Source: Bacillota bacterium (GTDB taxonomy: Bacteria > Sysuimicrobiota > Sysuimicrobiia > Sysuimicrobiales > Segetimicrobiaceae). From it: DNA of 64,000 bases. The position numbers were made by a program, and so were the translations under genes. This document shows, one piece after another, positions 46,320 to 55,543 of the stretch. The stretch is from assembly GCA_021324295.1 (NCBI GenBank), contig JAJPJJ010000032.1, forward strand, positions 12,919-76,918, given 5' to 3'. Within the stretch, counting starts at the first letter, position 1, and the number at the start of each line of letters is the position of its first letter. The notes under the pieces are model-generated. The model was not told where the DNA came from, made no database searches, and saw only the letters and a list, made by a program, of their open reading frames with translations.

Positions 46320-47647
46320 GCGCCCCGAGCCCGCCCCCCGGCGACCCGGCCCTCTTCGTCGACCGCACGCTGGAGACGATGAGCCGGGAGGACCTCGTCG
46401 AGTACCAGTGGCAGCGGCTGGCCCCGATGCTCGGCCGGATCCTCGAAGGCAACGCCTTCTACGGCCGGAAGTGGGCCGGCACCGTGCGCCACGCGCGCGG
46501 GATCCGGGGGTGGGACGAGTTCCGGAGGCTCCCGTTCACCACGAAGGCCGAGCTCGCCCGCGACCAGGCGGAGCATCCGCCGTTCGGCACGAACCTGACG
46601 TACCCGCTGGAGCGCTACGTGCGCTTCCATCAGACGTCCGGGACGACCGGCCGCCCGATGCGCTGGCTGGATACGGCGGAATCGTGGGACTGGTGGATCC
46701 GCTGCTGGACCTTCGTATACCGGGCCGCCGGCGTCGGCGCCGGCGACCGGATCTTCTTTGCGTTCTCGTTCGGGCCGTTCGTCGGATTCTGGGCCGGGTT
46801 CGACGCGGCCCGGCGGGTCGGGGCGCTCGCGATCCCGGGCGGGGGGCTCGACTCGCGGCTGCGGGTACGGATGCTGGTCGAGACGCAGCCCACCGTGCTC
46901 GTGTGCACGCCATCCTACGCGCTGCGGCTGGCCGAGGTGGCGCGGGCGGGGGACGTCGATCCCGCGGCGCTCGGGATCCGGGTCACGATCCACGCCGGCG
47001 AGCCCGGGGCGAGCATCCCGGCGACCCGCCGGCGGATCGAGGCGGCCTGGGGCGCGCGGTGCATCGACCACACCGGGCTCACCGAGGTCGGCGCGACCGG
47101 GTTCACCTGCGCCGCGGGGCAGGTGCACCTCACCGAGAGCGAGTTCATCGCCGAGGTCCTCGACCCCGAGCGCGGGACGGTGAGCCCGGACGGCGAGGGC
47201 GAGCTGGTGCTGACCAACCTGGGACGGGAAGGCTCCCCGGTGGTCCGGTATCGCACCGGCGACCGCGTCCGGCTCAGCGTCGAGCGGTGCCCCTGCGGCC
47301 GCACGTTCGCGCGGATGGTCGGCGGCATCCTCGGACGAGCCGATGACATGCTGGTCGTGCGCGGGATGAACGTGTTCCCGAGCACCATCGAGGACGTCGT
47401 CCGGCGGTTTGCCTGTGTCGACGAGTTCCGGATCGAGGTGCGGCGGCGCGCGGAGATGGCGGACCTCCGCGTCGTGGTGGAGGTCGACGACGCGCGCCAC
47501 GGGCCGGAGGTGGTCGCGCGGACGCTCGCCGACCTGCGCGAGCAGCTCCGGCTCGCCTGCGGCATCCGAATCGACGCGCACGCGGTGACCGCGGGCACGC
47601 TCCCGCGATTCGAGCTGAAGGCCCGACGGGTCGTGCACATCGAGTAG
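46316..47647 (+). CDS. Phenylacetate-CoA-ligase-family (PaaK-like, AMP-forming) aryl/acyl-CoA ligase
   Basis: ATG 46316 overlaps the upstream TGA as ATGA. …RFHQTSGTTGRPMRWLDT… AMP-binding motif and PaaK-family N-/C-terminal blocks (…EYQWQRLAPMLGRILEGNAFYGRKW…). Confidence 0.85.
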   Translation: MSAPSPPPGDPALFVDRTLETMSREDLVEYQWQRLAPMLGRILEGNAFYGRKWAGTVRHARGIRGWDEFRRLPFTTKAELARDQAEHPPFGTNLTYPLERYVRFHQTSGTTGRPMRWLDTAESWDWWIRCWTFVYRAAGVGAGDRIFFAFSFGPFVGFWAGFDAARRVGALAIPGGGLDSRLRVRMLVETQPTVLVCTPSYALRLAEVARAGDVDPAALGIRVTIHAGEPGASIPATRRRIEAAWGARCIDHTGLTEVGATGFTCAAGQVHLTESEFIAEVLDPERGTVSPDGEGELVLTNLGREGSPVVRYRTGDRVRLSVERCPCGRTFARMVGGILGRADDMLVVRGMNVFPSTIEDVVRRFACVDEFRIEVRRRAEMADLRVVVEVDDARHGPEVVARTLADLREQLRLACGIRIDAHAVTAGTLPRFELKARRVVHIE

Positions 47648-47697
47648 CATTACGGCGGCCAGGCGCCCCCTCGACAGCGCGGACGCGTCCTCGGGCC

Positions 47698-48759
47698 CTA
47701 CGCTCGCGGGCGGTGGCGCGCCATGATCCGCTGAACCTCGTCCAGCGGCAGAGCGTGGACCGTGCCCCGCCGACCCTCCATCGTCTCCGCGGCGGTGAGC
47801 GCGTTCAAGATGGACTCTTCCACCGCCTCCGCGACCGCCTCGAAGAACGGATCCAGGTGCTCGTGGGGGATCATCTTCAGATCGTAGGGGCCCGCGGGCG
47901 GGTCCGGCATGTGGTTGCCGGTGGCAAACGCGAGGAACAGGTCGCCGCTGCTGTTGAACCCCATCCCCCCAACGCGCGCCAGCCCGGCTGTCGCCCGCCG
48001 GGCGAGCCGCGCGCACTGGACGGCCAGGAGCGGCGCGTCGGTGGCGATGACCACGATGATCGATCCTTTGGGGTCGGACGAGGACGCCTGCCGGCGTTCC
48101 AGCTCCATTCCGACGGGAACGCCGTCGATGCGCAGGTCGCGCAGCCGGCCGTAGTTGGCCTGCACCAGCGCGCCGATCGTGTACCGGCCGCTCGGGCTGT
48201 CGACGAGCCTGGACGACGTCCCGATGCCTCCCTTGCAGCCGTGGCACCGCATCCCGGTGCCGCCGCCGACGTTGCCCTCCTCGACCGGCCCCCCGTGGGC
48301 CGCGGCGAGCGCCTCGAGCGCGTGCTCCCGCGACACGGGGAACGCTTCGATGTCGTTTAGAAAGCCGTCGAAGGTCTCCGCCACCACCGGCAGGTGGAAC
48401 CGGTGGCTGTACCCATGCGCGATCGCGTACGCCACGAGCGCGTCGCGCACGATCCCGACCGCGTAGGTGTTGGTGATCCCGATCGGCGACCCGAGCAGGC
48501 CCGACTCCTCGATCCAGGGGATCCCGGTCATCTCCCCGTTCCCGTTGAACGAGTGGTAGCCCGCGAAGGCGTAGTCGGTCCAGATCGCGCCCTCCCGCGG
48601 CACGATCATGGTCACGCCGGTACGCGTGATGCGCGGCCGATCGTAGACGAGCGTCCGGTGGCCGACCAGCACCCCCGGCACGTCGGTGATCGCGTTGTAC
48701 GCCCCGGGGGGCATCCGGCCGATCGTGATTCCGAGGTCGCGCAGGCGGGCGCGGCCCAT
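47698..48759 (-). CDS. Peptidase S58 / DmpA-family (L-aminopeptidase D-Ala-esterase/amidase; Ntn-hydrolase)
   Basis: ATG 48759..48757 behind a GGGAGGAG RBS. …GITIGRMPPGAYNAITDVPGVLVGH… and the autoprocessing site …GNVGGGTGM…. The upstream 65 aa of the track ORF is Arg-rich noise. Confidence 0.75.
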   Translation of the reverse strand: MGRARLRDLGITIGRMPPGAYNAITDVPGVLVGHRTLVYDRPRITRTGVTMIVPREGAIWTDYAFAGYHSFNGNGEMTGIPWIEESGLLGSPIGITNTYAVGIVRDALVAYAIAHGYSHRFHLPVVAETFDGFLNDIEAFPVSREHALEALAAAHGGPVEEGNVGGGTGMRCHGCKGGIGTSSRLVDSPSGRYTIGALVQANYGRLRDLRIDGVPVGMELERRQASSSDPKGSIIVVIATDAPLLAVQCARLARRATAGLARVGGMGFNSSGDLFLAFATGNHMPDPPAGPYDLKMIPHEHLDPFFEAVAEAVEESILNALTAAETMEGRRGTVHALPLDEVQRIMARHRPRA

Positions 48760-48838
48760 CAAGCTCCTCCCTATCGCGCGATGGATGCGGCGGGCATCGG
48801 CAAGGGGCGTCCGTGATACGCTGGGACGCTCAGGCCAC

Positions 48839-49132
48839 TCAGGGCAGGGCCGATACGATCTTGCGGTACTCCTCCTCGGTGAACGCTCGCAGCGTCTCGG
48901 TGCGGATGTAGCCCTGTGACGCCGCACCGAGCGCGCCGGCGGCCGCCACCTCATCGTTGGGCGCTTCGACGATCGTCACCGCATCGTATCGCCCCATCGT
49001 GAGGTAGAACGCCTTGATCTCCGCGCCCCTCTCGCGGGCTCGCTGCTTCGCCGCGGCGAGCCGCTCGGGGCCTTCCTTGATGTTCTCGGCGCCCTTCTGG
49101 GTGAAGGTGATGAGCGTGATGTACGTGGGCAC
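48839..49132 (-). CDS. GYD-domain protein
   Basis: 97 aa: MPTYITLITFTQKGAENIKEGPERLAAAKQRARERGAEIKAFYLTMGRYDAVTIVEAPNDE… matches the GYD family end to end. GTG start. Confidence 0.7.
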   Translation of the reverse strand: MPTYITLITFTQKGAENIKEGPERLAAAKQRARERGAEIKAFYLTMGRYDAVTIVEAPNDEVAAAGALGAASQGYIRTETLRAFTEEEYRKIVSALP

Positions 49133-49225
49133 GGTGGTCCACCCCCTTTTTTGCCTCTCCGCGCACGCCCCCTGCCATGGCGCTACTTCGGGCGGCGTCG
49201 TCCCCTGCCCTCCGCGCCCGGCGTC

Positions 49226-49969
49226 TCAGGGCAGCACCACGACCTGCCCGTCCTCGGCGTGCTCGCAGGGCAGGCTGTCGAGGTGCGCCAGGACATCCGG
49301 GCCCATGTGCGTGACGATCACCCGCCGGGCCTGCAGCTCATCGCGGTGGGCCAGCAGGGTGCCGAGGTCCATGTGGAACGGGATCGCGCGGCCGTACGCG
49401 TTGCACTCCGCGATGAACAGGTCGGCACCGCGGGCGGCGGCGATCAGCGTCGCCGTCCACTCGGTATCGCCGGAGTAGGCGATCGTCCGTCCGTCGCACT
49501 CGATCCGCAGGGCGGAGGACGGAGCGCCGGAGGGATGCTGAACCGGGTAGGGCGTCACCGTGGCCGCGCCAAGGCGGTGAGGGCGCTCCAGGCTCATCTC
49601 GACGAGGTGCAGCGGATAGCGCAGCTTCATCGTCGAGGATCCCGGGAAGAGCGCCTCCATCGCCTGCTCGATCCTCGCCGGGGTGCCCGGAGGGCCCGCG
49701 ACGACGAGCGGCCGGGCGCGTCTGCCCGCAAAGTGAGCATCCAGGAGGAAGAAGGGCACACCGCCGAAGTGGTCCCCGTGCAGGTGGCTGAGGACGATCG
49801 CGTCGATCGCCCCGGGGTCCACGCCGAACCGGTGCATCGCGATCGTCGACGACGCGCCGCAGTCGATCAGGAGCTGCCCGGCCTCCCCGCTGAGCAGGAT
49901 GCAGGTGTGGAACCGCCCGCCGCTCCCGAACGCGTCTCCCGTGCCGAGGAACCAGACCTGGACGGCCAC
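49226..49969 (-). CDS. MBL-fold metallo-hydrolase
   Basis: …WFLGTGDAFGSGGRFHTCILL…IDCG…AIVLSHLHGDHFGG… (HxHxDH motif). Confidence 0.7.
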   Translation of the reverse strand: MAVQVWFLGTGDAFGSGGRFHTCILLSGEAGQLLIDCGASSTIAMHRFGVDPGAIDAIVLSHLHGDHFGGVPFFLLDAHFAGRRARPLVVAGPPGTPARIEQAMEALFPGSSTMKLRYPLHLVEMSLERPHRLGAATVTPYPVQHPSGAPSSALRIECDGRTIAYSGDTEWTATLIAAARGADLFIAECNAYGRAIPFHMDLGTLLAHRDELQARRVIVTHMGPDVLAHLDSLPCEHAEDGQVVVLP

Positions 49970-50043
49970 GATCTACCGTGGCATCGCGGCGACTCCGCGG
50001 CAGACGCGGAGGCGTGCGGCGGCCCGCGGCCGCCTGGGGGCGC

Positions 50044-51339
50044 TCACTTCTTTCGGAACTGGCTCAGCACCTGATCCGCCTGCTGCTGCGCCGTCCGGAG
50101 CGCCTGCGCCGGGGCCTTCGCGCCGGTGAGGGCGGCCTGCAGGTTGTCCGAGAAGATCTTCTGGACCTGGCCGCTCTGGTGCGTGGACAGCTCGGCCTGC
50201 GCGTACGGGAGCTGGTCGCGGGCCGTCAGCGCCTGGGGGAACTTCTCCGTGTACTCCTGGTAGAGCTTGATGCCAAACGCCGACTTCCGCACGGCGACGT
50301 AGCCGGAGGCCTCGCTCCACCGCGCGGCCTGCTGGGGCGCGGTCATCCACTGGATGAACTCCCACGCCGCCTTCTGCCGCTCGGGCGGGATGCTGCGGAA
50401 GATGTACAGGTTGCCGCCGCCCGTGGGCGTGCCGTACTGCTTGTCCGCGGGCATGAACGCCGCCCCGAACTTGAACGGGGCGCTCGTGCGGATGAACGTC
50501 AGGCTGCCGGTCGAGTGGTAGATCATCGCGAACCGGCCGGCGACGAACTGCGTCGGCAGCGTCCCCCAGTCGGTGATCCCCTTGGGCTCGACGCGCAGGT
50601 CCTGCAGCCGGAGCCAGAAGTCGAGCGCCCGGCGGGTCTGCGGGGTGTCGAAGTAGACCTCGGTCCCCTCCGGGTTGGCCAGCCGGGCCTGGCCGGCCTC
50701 GGCCACGAACCCCTGGAACAGCCAATACGTGAACCCGGTCGAGGGGATCCCCACGCCCCACTGCGTGACGTTGCCGGAGGCATCCCGCACCGTCAGCTTC
50801 TGCGCGTCCTGCACGAGCTCGGTCCAGGTCCTGGGAGGCCGGGCCGGATCGAGGCCGGCCTTCCGGAAGGCGTCCTGGTTGTAGTACAGGATGATCGTGC
50901 TGCGCTGGAACGGGATCGAGTAGGTCGTCTTCCCGACGCGCGAGTTGAGCCAGAACGCGTCGAAGAAGTCGTTGCGGAAGCGATCGCCGCCGGCCTCGTT
51001 GATGTAGCCGTCCAGCGGGATGATCGCGTTCATGTCGAGGAGCGTGAAGAGGTCGGTCGAGAGCAGCACGGCGACGTCCGGCGGGTTGCCGCCCAGCACG
51101 GCCGTCTGGGTCTTGGCCATCGCCTCGTCGTAGCCGCCCGCGAACACCGGCGTCACATGGATTCCCGGGCGGATCCGGTCGAAGTCCGCCACCATGCCAT
51201 CCATGACCTTGGCGAGCGGCCCCGAGACGCTCACCGGATAGTAGAACTTCAGCTCGACCGCCGCGCCCGCGGGCCGCGCCGGGAGGAACGGAAGTGCCAC
51301 CGCGAGCGCAAGCAGCACGGCAAGCAGCCGCATCACCAT
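50044..51339 (-). CDS. ABC transporter substrate-binding protein (extracellular solute-binding family 1)
   Basis: ATG 51339..51337 verified, behind a GGAGGTG RBS. Signal peptide MVMRLLAVLLALAVALPFLPARPAGAA. SBP pattern …VTPVFAGGYDEAMAKTQTAVLGGNPPDVAVLLS…. Confidence 0.7.
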   Translation of the reverse strand: MVMRLLAVLLALAVALPFLPARPAGAAVELKFYYPVSVSGPLAKVMDGMVADFDRIRPGIHVTPVFAGGYDEAMAKTQTAVLGGNPPDVAVLLSTDLFTLLDMNAIIPLDGYINEAGGDRFRNDFFDAFWLNSRVGKTTYSIPFQRSTIILYYNQDAFRKAGLDPARPPRTWTELVQDAQKLTVRDASGNVTQWGVGIPSTGFTYWLFQGFVAEAGQARLANPEGTEVYFDTPQTRRALDFWLRLQDLRVEPKGITDWGTLPTQFVAGRFAMIYHSTGSLTFIRTSAPFKFGAAFMPADKQYGTPTGGGNLYIFRSIPPERQKAAWEFIQWMTAPQQAARWSEASGYVAVRKSAFGIKLYQEYTEKFPQALTARDQLPYAQAELSTHQSGQVQKIFSDNLQAALTGAKAPAQALRTAQQQADQVLSQFRKK

Positions 51340-51579
51340 GAGAGGCACCTCCGGGCACGATCGCGACACGCCAGAGGGGCGCGGGAGGAGCCGGCCCGCG
51401 CGGCCCCCTGCCGTCCACGGCCGGCACATTTCAGGCCGGCGCGGCGGATCTCCTCCCCGTCTCCCCGGGGCTCGCGGCTCCGCTCTACGGCAGCCCGGCG
51501 ATCGGCGGGGTCATGGGGCGGGGCCTGCCCGGAGCGGAGGCCAAGCCCCGCCCGTCGGCTGGGTCCGTCGCTCGCCGGC

Positions 51580-52587
51580 CTACTGGACGATGATCACACC
51601 CTTCATGCCCTGCGGCACGTGGACGACGCACCAGTAGTTGTAGGTCCCCGGCTTCGTAAAGGTGAGCGAGTAGGCCTTCGGGCCGGGCACCACCGTGGGG
51701 GTCAGGATGCCCGAGTTGTAGTAGCCCTGGCCCTGGTGCGCCGCCCCGCCGAGCGGGCCCGCGGCCTTGGGGTTGAAGTAGAACCGGGGCGGCCCCTGGG
51801 GCTGCGGCTCGGGGACGATGAACGCCGGCGGCTGCTGGCCCCCGACGAACGTGATGGTGTGGATCTCGAACGGATCCTTCATCACCCACCGAACCGTGTC
51901 CCCGGCCTTGATGGTCAGGGCCTCGGGGGCGAACCGGATGATCGAACTCCGCGCCGGCGCGCTCCCGGGAAGCGGGATCGTGTACTCCGTGCCCCCCGGC
52001 CCCGCCGCCGTCGAGACCTTGCTGGCTTCGAGGGCCGCCCGCCCCCCCTGCAGCTCCGCCACCCTCTGCCGCTGCGCGATCTGCTCGTAGTCGGCCTGCG
52101 TCTTCGGCAGCGTGGCCCCCCGCGGCTGCACGATCACCGTGCCGGCCATCCCCGGGTGGATCAGGCAGTCGTACCGGTACCGGCCCGGCCGGGTGAACGT
52201 CAGCGTGTAGGTCTTCCCCTTGCCCTCCAGGAAGCCCGAGCTGGCGAGCCCCCGCCCCGCGTACGTCCGGCCGCCCTGCGGGAGCGCGATCAGCGGGTTG
52301 AACTCCAGCTTGCCGCCCGCCCGCGGGAGGGCGATGTCGGGCGGCCGGGCCCCGGACAGGAAGGATACGGTGTGCGCAAAGTCCGCGGTCATCGTCCACG
52401 TGATGGTATCGCCGGCGTCGATGGTAATCGTGCGCGGGAAGAAGTCCTGCGCCTGGATCCCGTGGTCGGGCGAGTCCGCGCCGATCCCCACCTTCCATGC
52501 CATGGGCGCCGCCTGCGCCGTACCGGACGCGGCGGCGATCCCCACCACGAGAGCGCATGCGAGCAGCCACGCCAAAGATCGGACCAT
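51580..52587 (-). CDS. Secreted tandem cupredoxin with two type-1 copper sites (amicyanin/plastocyanin-like)
   Basis: ATG 52587..52585 behind a GGAGGG RBS. Signal peptide MVRSLAWLLACALVVGIAAASGTAQA. Domain 1 ligands …FAHTV…YRYDCLIHPGMAG; domain 2 ligands …FEIHTI…YNYWCVVHVPQGMKG. Confidence 0.7.
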   Translation of the reverse strand: MVRSLAWLLACALVVGIAAASGTAQAAPMAWKVGIGADSPDHGIQAQDFFPRTITIDAGDTITWTMTADFAHTVSFLSGARPPDIALPRAGGKLEFNPLIALPQGGRTYAGRGLASSGFLEGKGKTYTLTFTRPGRYRYDCLIHPGMAGTVIVQPRGATLPKTQADYEQIAQRQRVAELQGGRAALEASKVSTAAGPGGTEYTIPLPGSAPARSSIIRFAPEALTIKAGDTVRWVMKDPFEIHTITFVGGQQPPAFIVPEPQPQGPPRFYFNPKAAGPLGGAAHQGQGYYNSGILTPTVVPGPKAYSLTFTKPGTYNYWCVVHVPQGMKGVIIVQ

Positions 52588-52739
52588 CCGTTCCCTCCTG
52601 GGGCCACGACTCAGAGCCGAAGCAATGAGGCGCAGAAAGTAAAAACCTCTTTTTCTTCGATTGCCGGCGCCGCCTCTCCTGCCGCTCCCGCAAAGTGTCC
52701 CGGGCCCGTGGCCGCTCTCTGGGGGCGCTGCGGGGACCC

Positions 52740-53645
52740 TCAGCGTGCCACCGTCTGCCGCAGCCGCTCCAGCCGCCGGAACTGCTCGTCCACGGTCAGC
52801 CCGAAGCGGTTCATGTCGAAGAACACCTCCGTGACGCCGAGGTCGGCGAGCCGCCGGAGGTCCTCCGCCACCTGCGCGTACGAGCCGGAGAGCGGCGGCC
52901 GCGGGTCGGGCGCCGGGTCGTCCCCGGGGGCCGTGTTGGTCCGGGCGACGATCGGCAGCGCGTCTGGATCGCGTCCGGCGGCCCGGGCGGCCCGGCGAAA
53001 GCGGTCGACGGCTCCCTCGAACGCGCTCCACTCCGCCGGGATCGCGTGCAGCCCGTCCCCGATGCGGGCGGCGCGTTCTACGGCCGCCGGCGCCTGCGCG
53101 GCGATGAGCACGGGCGGCCCACCCGGCTGCACCGGCTTCGGATTGATCTGCGACTCCGGGACCCGGTAGAAACGACCGCTGAAGCGAACCGGATCCGGTC
53201 CCCACGCGGCCCGGAGCGTGGCCACAAATTCGCCAAGCGCAGCGCCCCGCCGCTGCGTCGGCACGTTGACCGCCTCGAACTCCTCCTCCGACCACCCCAG
53301 GCCGAGCCCGGCGACCACGCGGCCGCCGCTGAACCGGTCGAGCGTGGCGAGCCGCTTGGCCAGCAGCACGGGGACGTGGAACGGGGCGACCAGGATGCTC
53401 GTGCCCAGCCTGATCCGCTCGGTATGCGCCGCGACGAACGTCAGCGTCTCGATCGGATCGTACGCGGTCGCGTACGATTCGGGCATGGGGCGGCCGGAGG
53501 ACCCGCGGGGGTGCAGCGGCCGCAGCAGACGCTCGAGCACCCACGCGGTCGCGTAGCCGCGCCGCTCCGCCTCCTGCGCGGCCCGGACCAGCGCCTCGGG
53601 CGAGGCGTGCACCCCTGTCTGCGGAAGCGCGAACCCGAACTCCAT
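52740..53645 (-). CDS. LLM-class (luciferase-like) F420/flavin-dependent oxidoreductase
   Basis: MEFGFALPQTGVHASPEALVRAAQEAERRGYATAWVLERLL…; luciferase-like TIM-barrel pattern. Confidence 0.75.
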   Translation of the reverse strand: MEFGFALPQTGVHASPEALVRAAQEAERRGYATAWVLERLLRPLHPRGSSGRPMPESYATAYDPIETLTFVAAHTERIRLGTSILVAPFHVPVLLAKRLATLDRFSGGRVVAGLGLGWSEEEFEAVNVPTQRRGAALGEFVATLRAAWGPDPVRFSGRFYRVPESQINPKPVQPGGPPVLIAAQAPAAVERAARIGDGLHAIPAEWSAFEGAVDRFRRAARAAGRDPDALPIVARTNTAPGDDPAPDPRPPLSGSYAQVAEDLRRLADLGVTEVFFDMNRFGLTVDEQFRRLERLRQTVAR

Positions 53646-53682
53646 CCGACCTCCCTCCAGCGCGCCCCTCGTTACCGGCGGC

Positions 53683-54441
53683 TCAACGAAACAGATCGCG
53701 CGACGGGTCCCGCAGCAGCCTGGCGGCGCCGCCTGGTCCTTGGGCGATCCGGATGCCGCGGATCAACACGGCCGGCGTCCCTTCATCGCACTGACCCTGC
53801 AGCAGGGTCGCCGCTGCGGCGAGCTCGTCCGCCACCGCCTCCACGGACGTCCTCAGCGTGTAGCCGTAGAGGTCGGGCCGACCCACGAGGCTCAGGAGCG
53901 GCTCCAGCCCCGCCGCGCCGATGCACACCCCCACCGCGCCCTCCCGGTGCGGCCGACCGTGGCTGTCGTTGATGATCACCGCGATCGGAACGCCGAACGC
54001 GGTGTGCACGGCGTCCCGGATCGCGCCCGCGGAGGCATCCGGATCCCGCGGCAGCAGGCTCACGACCTCGGGGCCGAGCCCGACGTTGCTGTGGTCCACC
54101 CCGGCGTTCGCGCAGATGAAGCCGAGACGGTGCTCGGTGATCAGCACACCGTGATGCGCCCGGACGACGCGGGTGGACTCGCGGAGGATCACCTCGACCA
54201 GACGGGGATCCTTGACCGCCTCGCGCGCGAGGCGGCGAGCCTCGTCCCCCGGCGTGACGGTCGCCAGGTCGACGAGGTGCCCTTCGGCCTTGCTGACGAC
54301 CTTCTGCGCGACGACCAGCACGTCCCCGTCGGCAGGCCGGAGTCCCGCCCTCTCGAGGGCCCGCACCAGCAGGTCGGGGAGGGACATCCCGGGCCGGACG
54401 TCGGGGAGGCCCGGAATGGCGACGAGGGTGGCCTCAGCCAT
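53683..54441 (-). CDS. cofE: Coenzyme F420-0:L-glutamate ligase (CofE), stand-alone form
   Basis: ATG 54441..54439 verified. …VLVVAQKVVSKAEGHLVDL… and …LGFICANAGVDHSNVG…AVIINDSHGRPHREGAVGVCIG… are CofE/FbiB N-domain signatures. There is no C-terminal nitroreductase-like FbiB domain. Confidence 0.8.
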   Translation of the reverse strand: MAEATLVAIPGLPDVRPGMSLPDLLVRALERAGLRPADGDVLVVAQKVVSKAEGHLVDLATVTPGDEARRLAREAVKDPRLVEVILRESTRVVRAHHGVLITEHRLGFICANAGVDHSNVGLGPEVVSLLPRDPDASAGAIRDAVHTAFGVPIAVIINDSHGRPHREGAVGVCIGAAGLEPLLSLVGRPDLYGYTLRTSVEAVADELAAAATLLQGQCDEGTPAVLIRGIRIAQGPGGAARLLRDPSRDLFR

Positions 54442-54518
54442 CGCGGGGCGGTGGCAGGCGCGCGATCCCGCCCGGCGCGGAGCTGCTCTCCGACGGGTGC
54501 GTCGCCCCGCGCCCCTCG

Positions 54519-55511
54519 TCACGCGGGCCCGGCGAGCCGCCGCAGCGCGGGGAGCACCTGCTCGCCGAGGAGCCCGATCGTGGCGTCCTGGTCTACGGAC
54601 GTGACCTGCACCGTCACGATGTCCGCGCCGACCTCGACCAACGGGCGGTAGATCTCGACCAGCTCCTCCGCCGTGCGAGCCCACGCGTACTTGCCGATGA
54701 TCTCGCGCCGGTCCATGGCATCGGCCCGTGCCCGGAGGACGGACGGGTCCACCTCGTCGAGCCGGCCTTCCACCCGCAGCCCTCGCCAGGCCCGGAGAGC
54801 CTGCCACGCCGCGCCCTCGTCCCGTGCCAGGATCGACCACCGCTGCGCGACCACCGTTGGCTTCGGCCGGCCCGCGTCGCGGGCGGCCCGCACACAGGGG
54901 TCGATCACCTGCTCCCGCGCGTCCTCCGGCGCCTTGACGCTGACGATGAGCCCGTCCGCGAGCCGGCCGGCCAGCGTGGCGGACTGGGGCCCGCCGGCCG
55001 CCATCCAGATCGGGACGCGCGCGAGCGGCGGGCTGTAGAGCCTGGCCGCCTGCGTCCGGTAGAACTTCCCGGCGAAGTCGAGCTTCTCGCCGTCCAGCAG
55101 GCGGCGCATGATCGCGATGGCCTCCGCCATGCGAGCACGCCGTTCCCTGGGACCCGGGAACTCCCATCCGAGCGGGCGCTCGTTGATCCCTTCGCCGCTC
55201 CCGACGCCGAGCGCAAACCGGCCGCCGGACAGCCGGTCGACGGCGGCCGCCGCCTGCGCGACCAGCGCCGGATGGTAGCGAAAGAGGGGACAGGTCACCG
55301 CGGTCGCGATCCGCGCGCGCCGTGTCCGGATGGCGAGCGCGCCGAGCCAGCTCCAGACGAAGGCCGAGGCCGAGGCGTCATCGACCCAGGGGTGGAAGTG
55401 ATCGGAGACCGCGAGCGCATCGAACCCGACCGCCTCCGCCCGAACCGCGTGCTCCAGGAGCACCTCGGGCTGGAATTGTTCGGTGCCGCAGAAGTAGGCA
55501 AACTGAGCCAT
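54519..55511 (-). CDS. LLM-class F420-dependent oxidoreductase of the glucose-6-phosphate-dehydrogenase (FGD) family
   Basis: MAQFAYFCGTEQFQPEVLLEHAVRAEAVGFDALAVSDHFHPW… closely parallels FGD1-type N-termini (…SDHFQPW…). Confidence 0.75.
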   Translation of the reverse strand: MAQFAYFCGTEQFQPEVLLEHAVRAEAVGFDALAVSDHFHPWVDDASASAFVWSWLGALAIRTRRARIATAVTCPLFRYHPALVAQAAAAVDRLSGGRFALGVGSGEGINERPLGWEFPGPRERRARMAEAIAIMRRLLDGEKLDFAGKFYRTQAARLYSPPLARVPIWMAAGGPQSATLAGRLADGLIVSVKAPEDAREQVIDPCVRAARDAGRPKPTVVAQRWSILARDEGAAWQALRAWRGLRVEGRLDEVDPSVLRARADAMDRREIIGKYAWARTAEELVEIYRPLVEVGADIVTVQVTSVDQDATIGLLGEQVLPALRRLAGPA

Positions 55512-55543
55512 CGTCTCCCCTTCCGGCCCGCCGCTCCTCAGAG

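Noticed and set aside
52588-52739. AT-rich spacer (gcgcagaaagtaaaaacctctttttcttcg) between the LLM gene and the cupredoxin gene, considered as an intrinsic terminator
   Set aside because: There is no convincing stem preceding the T-run on the transcribed (minus) strand. It is more plausibly a promoter or UP-like AT patch for the cupredoxin gene, and is mentioned under that finding instead.
49978-53169. 1063-aa ORF on the plus strand
   Set aside because: Antisense to the SBP, cupredoxin and LLM genes. It has no recognisable domains and is Arg/Gly-rich. The same reasoning applies to 7410..9344(-), 7646..9547(+), 25310..27595(+), 29595..32309(+), 33342..35186(-), 35087..36721(-), 43307..45613(-), 46190..48247(-), 57434..59350(+), 20577..22466(-) and 20855..22705(+).
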